Counted from the whole stretch's first letter, positions 21,942 through 31,497 are shown. The stretch is 63,965 nucleotides of DNA, filler included, from an uncultured Myxococcia bacterium (GCA_964617105.1; 9 parts of 9 records of this genome joined end to end with filler, not necessarily neighbours in it); one strand, 5' to 3'. The notes: generated by a model not told the origin, from the sequence alone. Translations and numbers: made by a program.

Positions 21942-21986
21942 CAAGAGAGCCCGGAGAGCCTTGATTAGGTGCTTCGGGCTCTCTTG
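21942..21986. terminator. Strong GC-rich hairpin
   Basis: CAAGAGAGCCCGGAG...CTTCGGGCTCTCTTG 15-bp stem followed by CGTTTT. Confidence 0.5.
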
Positions 21987-22535
21987 CGTTTTGGGGGAAA
22001 GATCGGAGACGGGGGTGGCGCTGTTTGGCGGCCGCGGCGAAATACTCGTGATAACGGGTGGTTAGCGGTGGGTTGTCAAGGTTGGCCACTGCCCATCTGG
22101 TTCGATTTCACTGAAATGTCTGCCTCAATTCTGCCACAATTTCACTGGGTATTCCTCTTTTTGGCCAGTCTTAGCCCGGTTTCTGTCAGTCTCAACCGGT
22201 CTCAGAAATAGAGACCAAAAACAATGTCATCTCACATTAACCACAAAAATCACGTAAATTATACCAGGCATTTTGAGGCTCTCCGAAGAGTCTCTGTTTC
22301 TCTGGGTTAGGCTTGCCTAAAGTGGTTAACAGGGCTGTTAACCGGTTTGAAAATGGGATTTTAGGGGGTGGAGTGGTTAATCCGTGGCAAGTGCAAGGCT
22401 TTTCCCAATTACAGTGGTCAGAAACTTTACGATGNNNNNNNNNNNNNNNNNNNNNNNNNNNNNNNNNNNNNNNNNNNNTTAATTAATTAANNNNNNNNNN
22501 NNNNNNNNNNNNNNNNNNNNNNNNNNNNNNNNNNT

Positions 22536-23690
22536 CGTAAATTGCTGACTCTTTCAGCTTCGGCCGATGGTTTTGTAATGGAGGCTCATCCCAAACTGAA
22601 GCCGGTTGATGCACCCACCCGGGGCGTATTTTTTGCCGGTTGCGTGGAGTCGCCCAAGGATATTAAAGACAGCGTTACCCAGGCTGGGGCAGCGGCAGCC
22701 CGAGCCCAGATTCTCTTGAACGCCGGCCATGTCAAAATAGAGGCTATCACTTCACAAATCGATCCGGATTTATGCAAAGGCTGCGGCTCTTTGTGCTCCG
22801 CAGTTTGCCCTTACAAGGCTATTCAATGGAACAAAGGGGAAGTGCCGGTAATCATTGAAGCAGCTTGCGCCGGTTGCGGCTCTTGTGGAGCTGAATGCAA
22901 ATTTGGCGCTATTACCATGCGCCACTTTACCGACATCCAGATATTGGCTCAAATCGATGCAATTTTAGCCAGCCAGCCTATGGATAAACTGGTAACTTTT
23001 GCCTGCAACTGGTGCAGTTATGCGGGCGGAGATTTTGCCGGCATTTCCAGGTTGCAGTACCCGGTTCATACCCGGCTGATCCGCACCATGTGCAGCGCCC
23101 GGGTAAAAGAAGAGTTTGTAGAGTACGCCTTTTTAAAGGGCGCGCCAATGGTGCTGGTCTCGGGTTGCCATTTTGCCGACTGCCATTACATTGATGCCAA
23201 CCGGGCCACAGTCCGGCGGATGCAGAAATTGTGGCAAAAACTTGAAAAAATGGCAATAAACCCCTGGCGTTTGCAATTGGAGTGGATAAGTGCCGCTGAA
23301 GGGCAAAAATTCGCTCGGGTAATGCATAAGTTGGATAAAATGCGCAATATGGTGACCGGCGAAGAGGTAAATTACACTCAGCAGGTGTTAAAAGCGCAAA
23401 AATTAAAAGGGGTAGAAAAGAAAAAAACTCTATCTACTCTGAAGTCACCAGTTGAGTTGGAGGTTTGGCCTACTGACCAGCCTCCCAAAGGTCAGGCCTG
23501 GTTCAAGTGTTTGAGTTGCGGCCATCTCTTTGCCGCTCCCTTTGACCCCCAGGCCAGATTATCGGAATGGGCTTGCCCCAAACCGGAATGTAAGAGCAAC
23601 AGCATTTATCTGCAACCCAAGGCTGGCAAAAAAAATAGCAGACCTGGTGATAAAACCCCGGCTCTGCCTGGTAAAAGGATAAAAACATGA
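22536..23690 (+). CDS. HdrA C-terminal part fused to MvhD/FlpD, with a C-terminal CxxC...CxxxxC extension (5' cut by gap)
   Basis: EAHPKLKPVD, GVFFAGC..PKDIKDSV and two ferredoxin motifs (HdrA). FACNWCSYAG, RTMCSARV, GCHFADCHY and WISAAEG (MvhD). Confidence 0.9.
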   Translation, partial: RKLLTLSASADGFVMEAHPKLKPVDAPTRGVFFAGCVESPKDIKDSVTQAGAAAARAQILLNAGHVKIEAITSQIDPDLCKGCGSLCSAVCPYKAIQWNKGEVPVIIEAACAGCGSCGAECKFGAITMRHFTDIQILAQIDAILASQPMDKLVTFACNWCSYAGGDFAGISRLQYPVHTRLIRTMCSARVKEEFVEYAFLKGAPMVLVSGCHFADCHYIDANRATVRRMQKLWQKLEKMAINPWRLQLEWISAAEGQKFARVMHKLDKMRNMVTGEEVNYTQQVLKAQKLKGVEKKKTLSTLKSPVELEVWPTDQPPKGQAWFKCLSCGHLFAAPFDPQARLSEWACPKPECKSNSIYLQPKAGKKNSRPGDKTPALPGKRIKT

Positions 23691-24178
23691 CAGGCAAACC
23701 GATTGAGGTAGATTTTCGGCAACGGGAAATACTGACCGGGATGTTGGGCGCCAATCACTTGGATTACTGTTACCAATGCGGCGCCTGCGTGGGGGATTGT
23801 CCCAGCGCCCGCTTCCATAAAGGTTTTAACCCCCGGCAGATTATGCTGCAGGCTCTCTTGGGGTATTTGGATGAACTGCTGGAGCCAGATTCAATTATTT
23901 GGCAATGCTCCAATTGTTACAACTGCTATCAACGTTGTCCTCAGGAAGTCTTTCCAGTGGAGGTGATAGTGGCTATTAAAAATCTGGCTCTAAAAAAGGG
24001 AACCGCATTCAAAGAGGTGGAAATCATCAACCAGAGAATCCGGAAGACCGGCCGCAGTGTGCCCTTAATGCCGGCCACCAACCGCCTGCGGCAACAGTTG
24101 AATCTAAAGCCCCTGGAGAAGTTGGATACCGAAGAGTTGGCCAAAATTCTTGGTGGAGATAAGGATAATAAAACATGA
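23687..24178 (+). CDS. hdrC: Heterodisulfide reductase subunit C
   Basis: CYQCGACVGDCP, NPRQI, IWQCSNCYNCYQRCPQ; ATGA overlap. Confidence 0.9.
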   Translation: MTGKPIEVDFRQREILTGMLGANHLDYCYQCGACVGDCPSARFHKGFNPRQIMLQALLGYLDELLEPDSIIWQCSNCYNCYQRCPQEVFPVEVIVAIKNLALKKGTAFKEVEIINQRIRKTGRSVPLMPATNRLRQQLNLKPLEKLDTEELAKILGGDKDNKT

Positions 24179-25053
24179 AATTGGCTTTTTTCTCTGGTTG
24201 TCTGATACCGGTCAAATATCCATTTATGGAAAGGGCCATTCGTCTAACTTTGCCCGCTCTGGATATTGATATTGTTGATCTGCCCGGATTTACCTGCTGT
24301 CCTGACCCCATCTATTTCAAAGGAGCCAACAACCTGGACTGGCTCACTTTAGCAGCCAGGAATCTCTGTCTGGCCGAGGAGAAGGGACTTGATATTTTCA
24401 CCATCTGCTCCGGTTGCACCGCCACCTTGAGCGAAGCGGTCTATATGCTGGCCAGGGATGAATCATTAAAAATGCTGGTCAACCGCCGCCTGGCCCGGAT
24501 TGGTAAAAAATTTCTGGGAACAGTAAAAGTCCGCCATATTGTAACTGTATTGCGGGATCTGGTGGGCATGGGAAAAATAGCCTCTACCGTGGTTAGTCCT
24601 TTAAAGGACGCGAAGATAGCGGTTCACTATGGCTGCCATTTGCTAAAGCCCAGTAGTTTTATGCAGGTAGATGATCCAGATGATCCGCAAGTGCTGGAGA
24701 ATTTGATAGCCGCCATTGGTGGTCAAACTGTGCGCCATCAGGAGTGGGCTCTCTGTTGCGGAAAAGCCTGTCAAAAAGAGGAGATCCGCCATAAAATGAC
24801 CAAATGCGTACTCGATTCCATTCGCCAGACCGGCGCTGACTGCATGGGGATGATCTGCCCCTCCTGTTTTTCATCTTTTGACCTGGGCCAAATCATACTG
24901 GCTCGTAAGCACCAGGATAAATCCAAAGCCCCAAAAATGGTACCACCCGTCTACTATTTTCAATTATTAGGACTGGCCCAGGGTTTCTCCTTTCAGGAAA
25001 TGGGCCTGGACCGCCACAAAATTCACCCGGGAATATTTTTGAGCAATGCCTAA
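24175..25053 (+). CDS. hdrB: Heterodisulfide reductase subunit B
   Basis: FSGC, TCCP, LAARNL, CSGC, HYGCH, CCG, CPSC (CCG domains). Confidence 0.92.
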   Translation: MKLAFFSGCLIPVKYPFMERAIRLTLPALDIDIVDLPGFTCCPDPIYFKGANNLDWLTLAARNLCLAEEKGLDIFTICSGCTATLSEAVYMLARDESLKMLVNRRLARIGKKFLGTVKVRHIVTVLRDLVGMGKIASTVVSPLKDAKIAVHYGCHLLKPSSFMQVDDPDDPQVLENLIAAIGGQTVRHQEWALCCGKACQKEEIRHKMTKCVLDSIRQTGADCMGMICPSCFSSFDLGQIILARKHQDKSKAPKMVPPVYYFQLLGLAQGFSFQEMGLDRHKIHPGIFLSNA

Positions 25054-25065
25054 GGGAGCCCTAAG

Positions 25066-25893
25066 TTAATTTGTTTCGCCTCGAAAAACCAAGTTTGCCG
25101 GCCCGGTCATAAGGATATCCTGATAATCACCGATAATTTCTACCAATAATTCTCCCCCCGGCAATTCAACTTTTACTGGACGGGCAGGATCGACAACTTT
25201 TTTTAAGCCGGCAGCAGCCACGGTGGCGCAGGCGCCAGTACCGCAAGCCAGGGTAAAACCGCAGCCCCTCTCAAAAACTATTACTTTAAGTTTATTATCA
25301 CCTATTACCTGGCAGAACTCTACATTGGTTTGTTCTGGAAACCATGGATGTTGACTCAAGGCTAGTGAAATATTTTCCAGTATTTTCTGCTTAGGTAAAG
25401 CAAAAATAACCAGATGGGGGTTGCCCATGGAAACAGCATAGCCGTTAAATGTATATTCTTCACAGGTTATGGGCTGGTTTAGAAATTGTCCCTCTGCTTT
25501 GATTGGAATCTGGTCGCATTCAAAAATTGGCCGGCCCATTTTGGCCGTCACCGAATCACCATCTATAACGCAGGTCAAAACTCCCCGTCCAGTTTCTACA
25601 CTAACCTGGTCCGGTTGCGGAGAAAAAATATTCGTGTCCAGGGCAAATTTTACTGCACAGCGGATTCCATTGCCGCACATTTGAGGTTGGCTGCCGTCAG
25701 AGTTGAAAATATCCATTTTGATATCAGCCTGTTTAGATGGGCTGATGACCAAAACCCCATCAGCGCCAACCCCAAAATTGCGATTGCATAATTGAATTGC
25801 TTTTGTGGGGGTGATAACTTCCCGGTTTTTATCATTATCCACAATTATAAAGTCGTTTCCCAGGCCGTGGTATTTACAGAATGTGATAGGCAT
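25066..25893 (-). CDS. dapF: Diaminopimelate epimerase
   Basis: KYHGLGNDF, NSDGSQPQMCGNGIRC, SMGNPH, ERGCGFTLACGTGA. Confidence 0.97.
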   Translation of the reverse strand: MPITFCKYHGLGNDFIIVDNDKNREVITPTKAIQLCNRNFGVGADGVLVISPSKQADIKMDIFNSDGSQPQMCGNGIRCAVKFALDTNIFSPQPDQVSVETGRGVLTCVIDGDSVTAKMGRPIFECDQIPIKAEGQFLNQPITCEEYTFNGYAVSMGNPHLVIFALPKQKILENISLALSQHPWFPEQTNVEFCQVIGDNKLKVIVFERGCGFTLACGTGACATVAAAGLKKVVDPARPVKVELPGGELLVEIIGDYQDILMTGPANLVFRGETN

Positions 25894-25909
25894 TTGCTCT
25901 CCTCATAAA

Positions 25910-26380
25910 CTAGGGGGTCCAGGGCCAATTATCACCGGTTAATTGTTGCAGCCCATGGTAAAGCACAATAGAAACTGCATTAGCCAAATTTAGACTTCTA
26001 ACTTTGGAACTAGTAGGAATGTTAATTTTATTATCCCCGGCTTCCTTTAGTAGAGATTCTGGTAGTCCTTTGGTCTCACTTCCAAAAAGCAGATAGTCAT
26101 CCCACTGGAAATTTATCTGGTTATAAGGGGCGCCGCCTCTGGCTGTAAACATAAGCAGCCGGGAGTCATCTTTACATTTTGAAAAAAAATCCTGGTAACT
26201 GTTGTGGCGGATTACGTGTATATAGGGCCAGTAATCCAGTCCCGCCCGCTTCAAGTATTTGTCTGACAGGGAGAATCCCAGTTTTCCAACCAGGTGGAGC
26301 GGAGTTTCAGTTGCAGCACATAAACGGCCGATATTACCGGTGTTTTGTGGTATCTCTGGCTCTACTAAAACAATATGCAT
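25910..26380 (-). CDS. trmL: tRNA (cytidine/uridine-34-2'-O)-methyltransferase
   Basis: EPEIPQNTGNIGRLC, LKRAGLDYW, FGSETKGLP, RSLNLANA. Confidence 0.95.
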   Translation of the reverse strand: MHIVLVEPEIPQNTGNIGRLCAATETPLHLVGKLGFSLSDKYLKRAGLDYWPYIHVIRHNSYQDFFSKCKDDSRLLMFTARGGAPYNQINFQWDDYLLFGSETKGLPESLLKEAGDNKINIPTSSKVRSLNLANAVSIVLYHGLQQLTGDNWPWTP

Positions 26381-26497
26381 AAGTCAATCCATCCATTTTA
26401 TTCTTGGCAAAATAACGTTAATATTAAGAATATTAGCAGAATTGTCAACCAGGCATTAAATTTTTTAAGTTGCTTTGGGATTTTTTCTTTTCATTGA

Positions 26498-26534
26498 TTG
26501 ACAAATGTTCCTGGGTTACATACAATGGGAACAG
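26498..26534 (+). promoter_or_regulatory. Sigma70 promoter of the TA operon with an overlapping inverted repeat (putative operator)
   Basis: TTGACA-17nt-TACAAT (26498-26526); TGTTCC...GGAACA inverted repeat flanking the -10. Confidence 0.75.
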
Positions 26535-26554
26535 ATACCAGGGAGGATTAAAAT

Positions 26555-26809
26555 ATGGCTAAAACAAGATTAAATATCAGTCTGGATCAGGACATTGCTG
26601 AATTTGTTAAAATATTTGCGGCGGAAAACCGTACCACGGTTGCTGACATAGTTACCCAATATATTCTCAATCTTAAACGCATCTCTCAGGGAGAAGAAGC
26701 AAAGGCCATTTTTGCAAATACAGCCTTTAAAGAAGCAATGTTAGAGGCTCAAAAAAAACTAAGAGATGGAAACGCTAGATGGCATTCTTTTGATGAAGTG
26801 TTTGAATAA
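26555..26809 (+). CDS. Putative RHH-type antitoxin
   Basis: KTRLNISLDQDI..VKIFAAENRTTVADIV, C-terminal WHSFDEVFE; directly upstream of a RelE-like gene. Confidence 0.7.
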   Translation: MAKTRLNISLDQDIAEFVKIFAAENRTTVADIVTQYILNLKRISQGEEAKAIFANTAFKEAMLEAQKKLRDGNARWHSFDEVFE

Positions 26810-26811
26810 TA

Positions 26812-27123
26812 ATGAAATCGAAATTTGAACAAGCGTTTTTAAAGGCTGTAAAAAAACACAGCAGCATAAAAAAAAATATCGAAAACAAGGTTCGGATGAT
26901 CATGGAGCACCCCCTTAAAATGGGTGAACCGTTAAAAGACAAATGGCGGGGTTTCTATTCCTGTCCGGTAAAGAAAAATTTCATTATTATCTATTTGTAC
27001 TGTACTGCCTGCCGGAAAAAAGGCGATGATAGTTATGTTGCCTGCTACGATTGTAAAGAATGTGAAAATGAAACTATTAAATTCATCGTGCTCGGTCCTC
27101 ATGATGAAACTTATGGCTTATAA
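26812..27123 (+). CDS. RelE/ParE-superfamily toxin with a Cys-rich insertion
   Basis: FEQAFLKAVKK, HPLKMGEPLKDKWRGFYSCPV, FIIIY...IKFIVLGPHDETY, with an inserted CTAC...CYDCKEC. Confidence 0.75.
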   Translation: MKSKFEQAFLKAVKKHSSIKKNIENKVRMIMEHPLKMGEPLKDKWRGFYSCPVKKNFIIIYLYCTACRKKGDDSYVACYDCKECENETIKFIVLGPHDETYGL

Positions 27124-27224
27124 TTTATAGAATTCTCAATAGCAGTTTCCGTCCGGAAACTAGCGGTTGACCTATCCCGAGTTATGGGTAATAACAGATT
27201 AAAGTACATTTTGGATAATTAAGT

Positions 27225-27971
27225 ATGAAAAAAGATAAGCCACAACAGGTAGATATTGTAATTCCCGTGTATAATGAAGAGAAAATATTGGCAAAAAGTA
27301 TTGCAACTCTGGTGGAGTTTTTATCTAAAAGGGCTTTTTTCTCCTGGAAAATCATAATCGCTGACAACGCCTCTACCGACAAAACTCTGGAGATCGCTCG
27401 GGATTTGTCAACTCAGGATGATCACCTGGAAGTATTACATATAGATAAATTGGGCCGCGGCTTAGCCTTAAGGACCGCCTGGATGAGTTCGCAGGCGGAA
27501 ATCACCAGTTACATGGATGTGGATCTATCCACTAACCTGAACTATTTTCCCCTGGCCATCGAAGGGCTTAAGTGTGGTTACGATATATCCATTGGCAGCC
27601 GTCTCATGCAGGCTTCTCTTACCCGGAGGAGTGTGAAGCGCGAGATCATCTCTCGCGGATATAACACCTTGATAAAAATGATGTTTTTAAATCCTTTTAG
27701 CGATGCTCAGTGTGGGTTTAAGGTTATTAAAACCCGGGTGGCCAGAGATTTGCTCCCCCAGGTAAAAGATAATGAGTGGTTTTTCGATACCGAATTACTG
27801 CTAAAGGCGGTTGGGAAGGGATACCGTATCTTTGAATTGCCGGTTGAATGGACTGAAGATTTGGATTCCAGAGTAAAAATATTTAAAACCGCGGCCCAGG
27901 ATGTGACAGGACTAATCAGAGTCAAATTAGAGTTATCTTTAGGATCATTAGGAAGAAAAGTTTTCAAATAG
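27225..27971 (+). CDS. GT2 glycosyltransferase (dolichyl/polyprenyl-phosphate glycosyltransferase-like)
   Basis: IVIPVYNEE, ADNASTDKT, GRGLAL, YMDVDLST, DAQCGFK, WFFDTELL. Confidence 0.9.
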   Translation: MKKDKPQQVDIVIPVYNEEKILAKSIATLVEFLSKRAFFSWKIIIADNASTDKTLEIARDLSTQDDHLEVLHIDKLGRGLALRTAWMSSQAEITSYMDVDLSTNLNYFPLAIEGLKCGYDISIGSRLMQASLTRRSVKREIISRGYNTLIKMMFLNPFSDAQCGFKVIKTRVARDLLPQVKDNEWFFDTELLLKAVGKGYRIFELPVEWTEDLDSRVKIFKTAAQDVTGLIRVKLELSLGSLGRKVFK

Positions 27972-28092
27972 CTTGCAAAAACTATGATGATCAAGTATAA
28001 AAGTATAGCTAATTAAAAAAAAAGTTTTTAGGGAAAACTCGATAATTTTAAGGTATACGTTTATAGATTTGTATAGTATTTAGAGGAAGCAT

Positions 28093-28452
28093 ATGCTTAA
28101 CAGTTATTATCCGGTTGTTTTAGCGTTTATCGTTGCCATTATTATGCCCATCGTTATGGTGGCGCTCAATTACTACCTGGGACCCAAAAGGCCATCTCCT
28201 ATTAAGAGTGAACCTTTTGAGTGCGGTAGCGATCCCATCGGCGAGGCCCGTACCCGGTTCTCCAGCAAATTTTACCTGGTGGCTATCATATTTATTATTT
28301 TTGATATCGAAGCGGTGTTTCTTTATCCCTGGGCAGTGCAGTTTAAATCTTTGGGCTGGTTCGGCCTGGTGGAGATGTTTATCTTTCTAGGGATTTTATC
28401 CCTCGGATTGCTTTATATCTGGCGCCGCGGTGCTCTTGAATGGGATAAATAA
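28093..28452 (+). CDS. nuoA: NADH-quinone oxidoreductase subunit A
   Basis: PFECG, KFYLVAIIFIIFDIE, YPWA, YIWRRGALEW. Confidence 0.97.
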   Translation: MLNSYYPVVLAFIVAIIMPIVMVALNYYLGPKRPSPIKSEPFECGSDPIGEARTRFSSKFYLVAIIFIIFDIEAVFLYPWAVQFKSLGWFGLVEMFIFLGILSLGLLYIWRRGALEWDK

Positions 28453-28517
28453 AACCAGATAAAGTTAGAAAAACAGTCAAAATTATTAAGGAATAAAAGG
28501 AATAATAGGAGTATTAA

Positions 28518-29021
28518 ATGAATAATCCTGGATCGGCTCTGGATTTGGCTTCCAGCACCCAGATTGACGAGACTGCCATGGGAAATTTTATCAGGAATAG
28601 TTTCAACTGGTGCAGGAAGTTTTCCCTCTTTCAAAATCCTTTTGTCACCGCTTGCTGCGGAATGGAGTTTATGTCAACTATGTGTTCCCGTTATGATCTG
28701 GCCCGGTTTGGGGCGGAGATCCCCAGATTTACTCCCCGGCAGGGAGATTTGATGATGGTGGTTGGCACCATTACGGTCAAGCAGTCAAAGGTATTAAAAA
28801 GAGTCTATGACCAGATGTGTGAACCCAAGTGGGTTATCGCAGTTGGTGCTTGTTCCTGTTCAGGAGGATTCTACCGGAACTATTCCGTGGTTCAGGGGAC
28901 GGATTGTATAATTCCGGTTGATGTATATGTTCCAGGTTGCCCACCCCGTCCCGAAGCATTTATCGATGGTTTAATGGAACTACAGGACAAGATTCAAAAT
29001 GGTCCGTGTGATATTTTTTAA
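28518..29021 (+). CDS. nuoB: NADH-quinone oxidoreductase subunit B
   Basis: TACCGMEF, RYDLARFG, PRQGD, QMCEPKWVI, DVYVPGCPPRPEA. Confidence 0.96.
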   Translation: MNNPGSALDLASSTQIDETAMGNFIRNSFNWCRKFSLFQNPFVTACCGMEFMSTMCSRYDLARFGAEIPRFTPRQGDLMMVVGTITVKQSKVLKRVYDQMCEPKWVIAVGACSCSGGFYRNYSVVQGTDCIIPVDVYVPGCPPRPEAFIDGLMELQDKIQNGPCDIF

Positions 29022-29027
29022 GTTTTC

Positions 29028-29050
29028 AACCCGGCATTGAAATCCCGGGA
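29028..29050. repeat. REP-like palindrome AACCCGGCATTGAAATCCCGGGA
   Basis: Near-copy of 9323-9345, lying inside the nuo operon. Confidence 0.5.
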
Positions 29051-29083
29051 ATTCTTTTCGTTCTTAATCAAAGAGGAGAAAAC

Positions 29084-29584
29084 ATGAGCGAAGCAGTTAT
29101 GCAAATGCTGCAGGACAAATTCGGTGATAAAATTATCAGTACCCATTCTTTTAGAGGCGATTATACCGCCCTGGTGGCCGATGATATCTATTTTGGATGC
29201 TGCCAATTTTTAAAAGAGGATTCTCTCTGCGATTTCGATATGCTTACAGACTTGACCGCGGTGGATTATCCTGGTGATGATTTAAGGTTCGAAGTGGTGT
29301 GTCATCTGTATTCCATTAGCAAAAATCATCGGTTCAGGATTAAAAGCCGGATACCAGATGCCAATCCCCGTATCGAGTCTCTAACTTCTCTGTACAATTC
29401 TGCCAACTGGTTTGAACGAGAGGTTTACGACATGTTTGGGATTATTTTTGCTAACCACCCAGACCTGCGCCGCCTCTTACTTTACCCAGAATTCGAGGGA
29501 TATCCGCTGCGCAAAGATTATCCCCTTGAGCAGAGACAACACCGGATAAAATTGCGTCATCCAGAAGTTAAGATTCAAGGATAG
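29084..29584 (+). CDS. nuoC: NADH-quinone oxidoreductase subunit C
   Basis: [42 protein letters not shown]. Confidence 0.95.
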   Translation: MSEAVMQMLQDKFGDKIISTHSFRGDYTALVADDIYFGCCQFLKEDSLCDFDMLTDLTAVDYPGDDLRFEVVCHLYSISKNHRFRIKSRIPDANPRIESLTSLYNSANWFEREVYDMFGIIFANHPDLRRLLLYPEFEGYPLRKDYPLEQRQHRIKLRHPEVKIQG

Positions 29585-29598
29585 ATGGGGAGGATTTT

Positions 29599-29911
29599 AT
29601 GCCTTACGAGATAGAAGAACGTATCGGCGATACTATGATCATCAATATGGGACCATGGCATCCGGCCATGCACGGAACCGTGCGGCTGGTGCTGGAGTTG
29701 GATGGAGAGAACATTGTCAATTGTGACCCGGATATAGGTTACCTCCATCGCGGTTTGGAGAAGATGTGCGAAAATCGCACTTATCACCAGATTATTCCCT
29801 ATACTGACCGGATGAATTATGCCTCGCCTCTTTTAAACAATGTGGGTTTCACCTTGGCAGTGGAGAAACTGCTGGATCTCGATATTCCTGAGCGAGCTAA
29901 ATATCTGAGGG
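29599..29911 (+). CDS. nuoD: NADH-quinone oxidoreductase subunit D, N-terminal part
   Basis: [30 protein letters not shown]; cut by the gap. Confidence 0.95.
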
Positions 29912-30011
29912 NNNNNNNNNNNNNNNNNNNNNNNNNNNNNNNNNNNNNNNNNNNNTTAATTAATTAANNNNNNNNNNNNNNNNNNNNNNNNNNNNNNNNN
30001 NNNNNNNNNNN

Positions 30012-30337
30012 TAGTTTGATAAAATAGGGATATTAATTTGGTAGGGGTGGGGAATGTGAGTTTCTTGAATGCAGACTGGTTCAGGCGCAGTTCGGAGCAT
30101 ATTTGATGAATTTTGTAATGTCCATCATGGGTGAGGGCAGCTGCCGCATGCCAAAGCCGGTCAGGAATCGGTTCTCGCTTACTAGTCCTCGCCTCACGCC
30201 ATTCTGCAAACAGATTCTTGACTGTATCCAGGGTTACATCTTTGCACTGTAAAACATCGTTTGACATGGGATTCCTCCTTTGCTTGGGGTTCCAAAGGAG
30301 TTTAACTCAGGGGGGATGGGGTGTCACGCATGCTTAC
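30012..30337 (-). mobile_element. IS66-family left end with truncated TnpA-like ORF (start 30267)
   Basis: Minus-strand end GTAAGCATGCGTGACACC at 30337 (IS66 ends start GTAA). ORF FAEWR...PIPDRLWHAAAAL...ICSELRLN resembles deltaproteobacterial IS66 TnpA. Confidence 0.65.
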
Positions 30338-30501
30338 CGGAGGGACACAACTGTTGCAGGTATTGTTGTAAATAGGGTTGCAGATATGGTGGCTGCTCTG
30401 AATCTGGTTTTTATCGTGGTCATGGCAAAAAAATTCTATTATCGCTAAATATCTATACTTAGTTTCTAATTGTCTATAAATGTTTAAAACATAATGCCAG
30501 G

Positions 30502-31224
30502 CTAGAAGGTGAAACCCCACTTCTTCACAAACTTACCGTCAGGGGATACGGCCAAAAAAATATCCTGCTCTATATCCTGCGGCATGATGGAAATAAAGGC
30601 TTCAAAATTCACCGGAGAGAGGACGTCAGAACATTGATTTTGGTTAATACCCATTACAAGTTCTCCTCCTTGTTTCAGTATAAGTCCTTTCAGTATCGCC
30701 TGATTGCTGTGAAAAGCCCTGAAGTAGGTTTTTGAAACTGGATCGTACTCAAAGACTACGAAATCAAATTTTACTCCAGTATCGGAAAGGTCCATATACC
30801 TTAATTTTGCGAAAATATCCTTGTTTTTCGTTGATACCCGGACGGAAAAACTAATAGGTTCCTCGAAACCTCCACCCCAACTGACTGAACTTAATGGCCC
30901 CACTACAACTTTCATCTCCCCCTTTGGTTTCTCAGGGTTCTTCAGAGAGGTATCGGGTTCTATGACCCAACCCCCGATTTCAAGGTAATTTATGTGGCCC
31001 ACGACTCCCTCCCCTCCGCTGTCCTGAAAATTAAATGCCTGGCTCACGCTACAATTATAATTGCTATTCCCGTTGGAAGGCTGGTCAGGAGAGAGTTTTT
31101 CATCCCCGGTTGTGCCGGCTGCCTGCTGATTGGGCGTTTTGGTATCTGATCCGCATCCTATGATAAGGCAAAAGAGAGACATGACAGAAATCATCCAGAT
31201 TGCCATGATAGTCCTGGTGGTCAT
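30502..31224 (-). CDS. Lipoprotein of a conserved uncharacterised beta-rich family
   Basis: Lipobox IIGC and a polar linker, then CSVSQAFNFQ...EYDPVSKTYF...KGLILKQGGEL...SPVNF...KFVKKWG. Confidence 0.65.
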   Translation of the reverse strand: MTTRTIMAIWMISVMSLFCLIIGCGSDTKTPNQQAAGTTGDEKLSPDQPSNGNSNYNCSVSQAFNFQDSGGEGVVGHINYLEIGGWVIEPDTSLKNPEKPKGEMKVVVGPLSSVSWGGGFEEPISFSVRVSTKNKDIFAKLRYMDLSDTGVKFDFVVFEYDPVSKTYFRAFHSNQAILKGLILKQGGELVMGINQNQCSDVLSPVNFEAFISIMPQDIEQDIFLAVSPDGKFVKKWGFTF

Positions 31225-31497
31225 ATTTGGGCTCCTTCCTCAGTTGAATTTAATCCTCTGTCTTATTGCAAAAATCACGAGGCCAGTGGGGTCTAGTGCC
31301 TGTTAAAACAGAACCCGGGGATAATCTCATTGTGGCTGAAATATCAAGACTATCACGCTCATGGGATCAAAACAAGAGAGCACTCCAGAAATTTTATCCT
31401 TGTGACATGCAGGAAAAGCAGCCATAATACACCTTGTGGAGGATTGCTGTTTTGTCAAAACTATAATCAATTTTTTTCGAAAATGGAGGGTTATTAA

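Noticed and set aside
22980..23200. Selenocysteine recoding in MvhD/Hdr
   Set aside because: All relevant positions are Cys codons, with no in-frame TGA.
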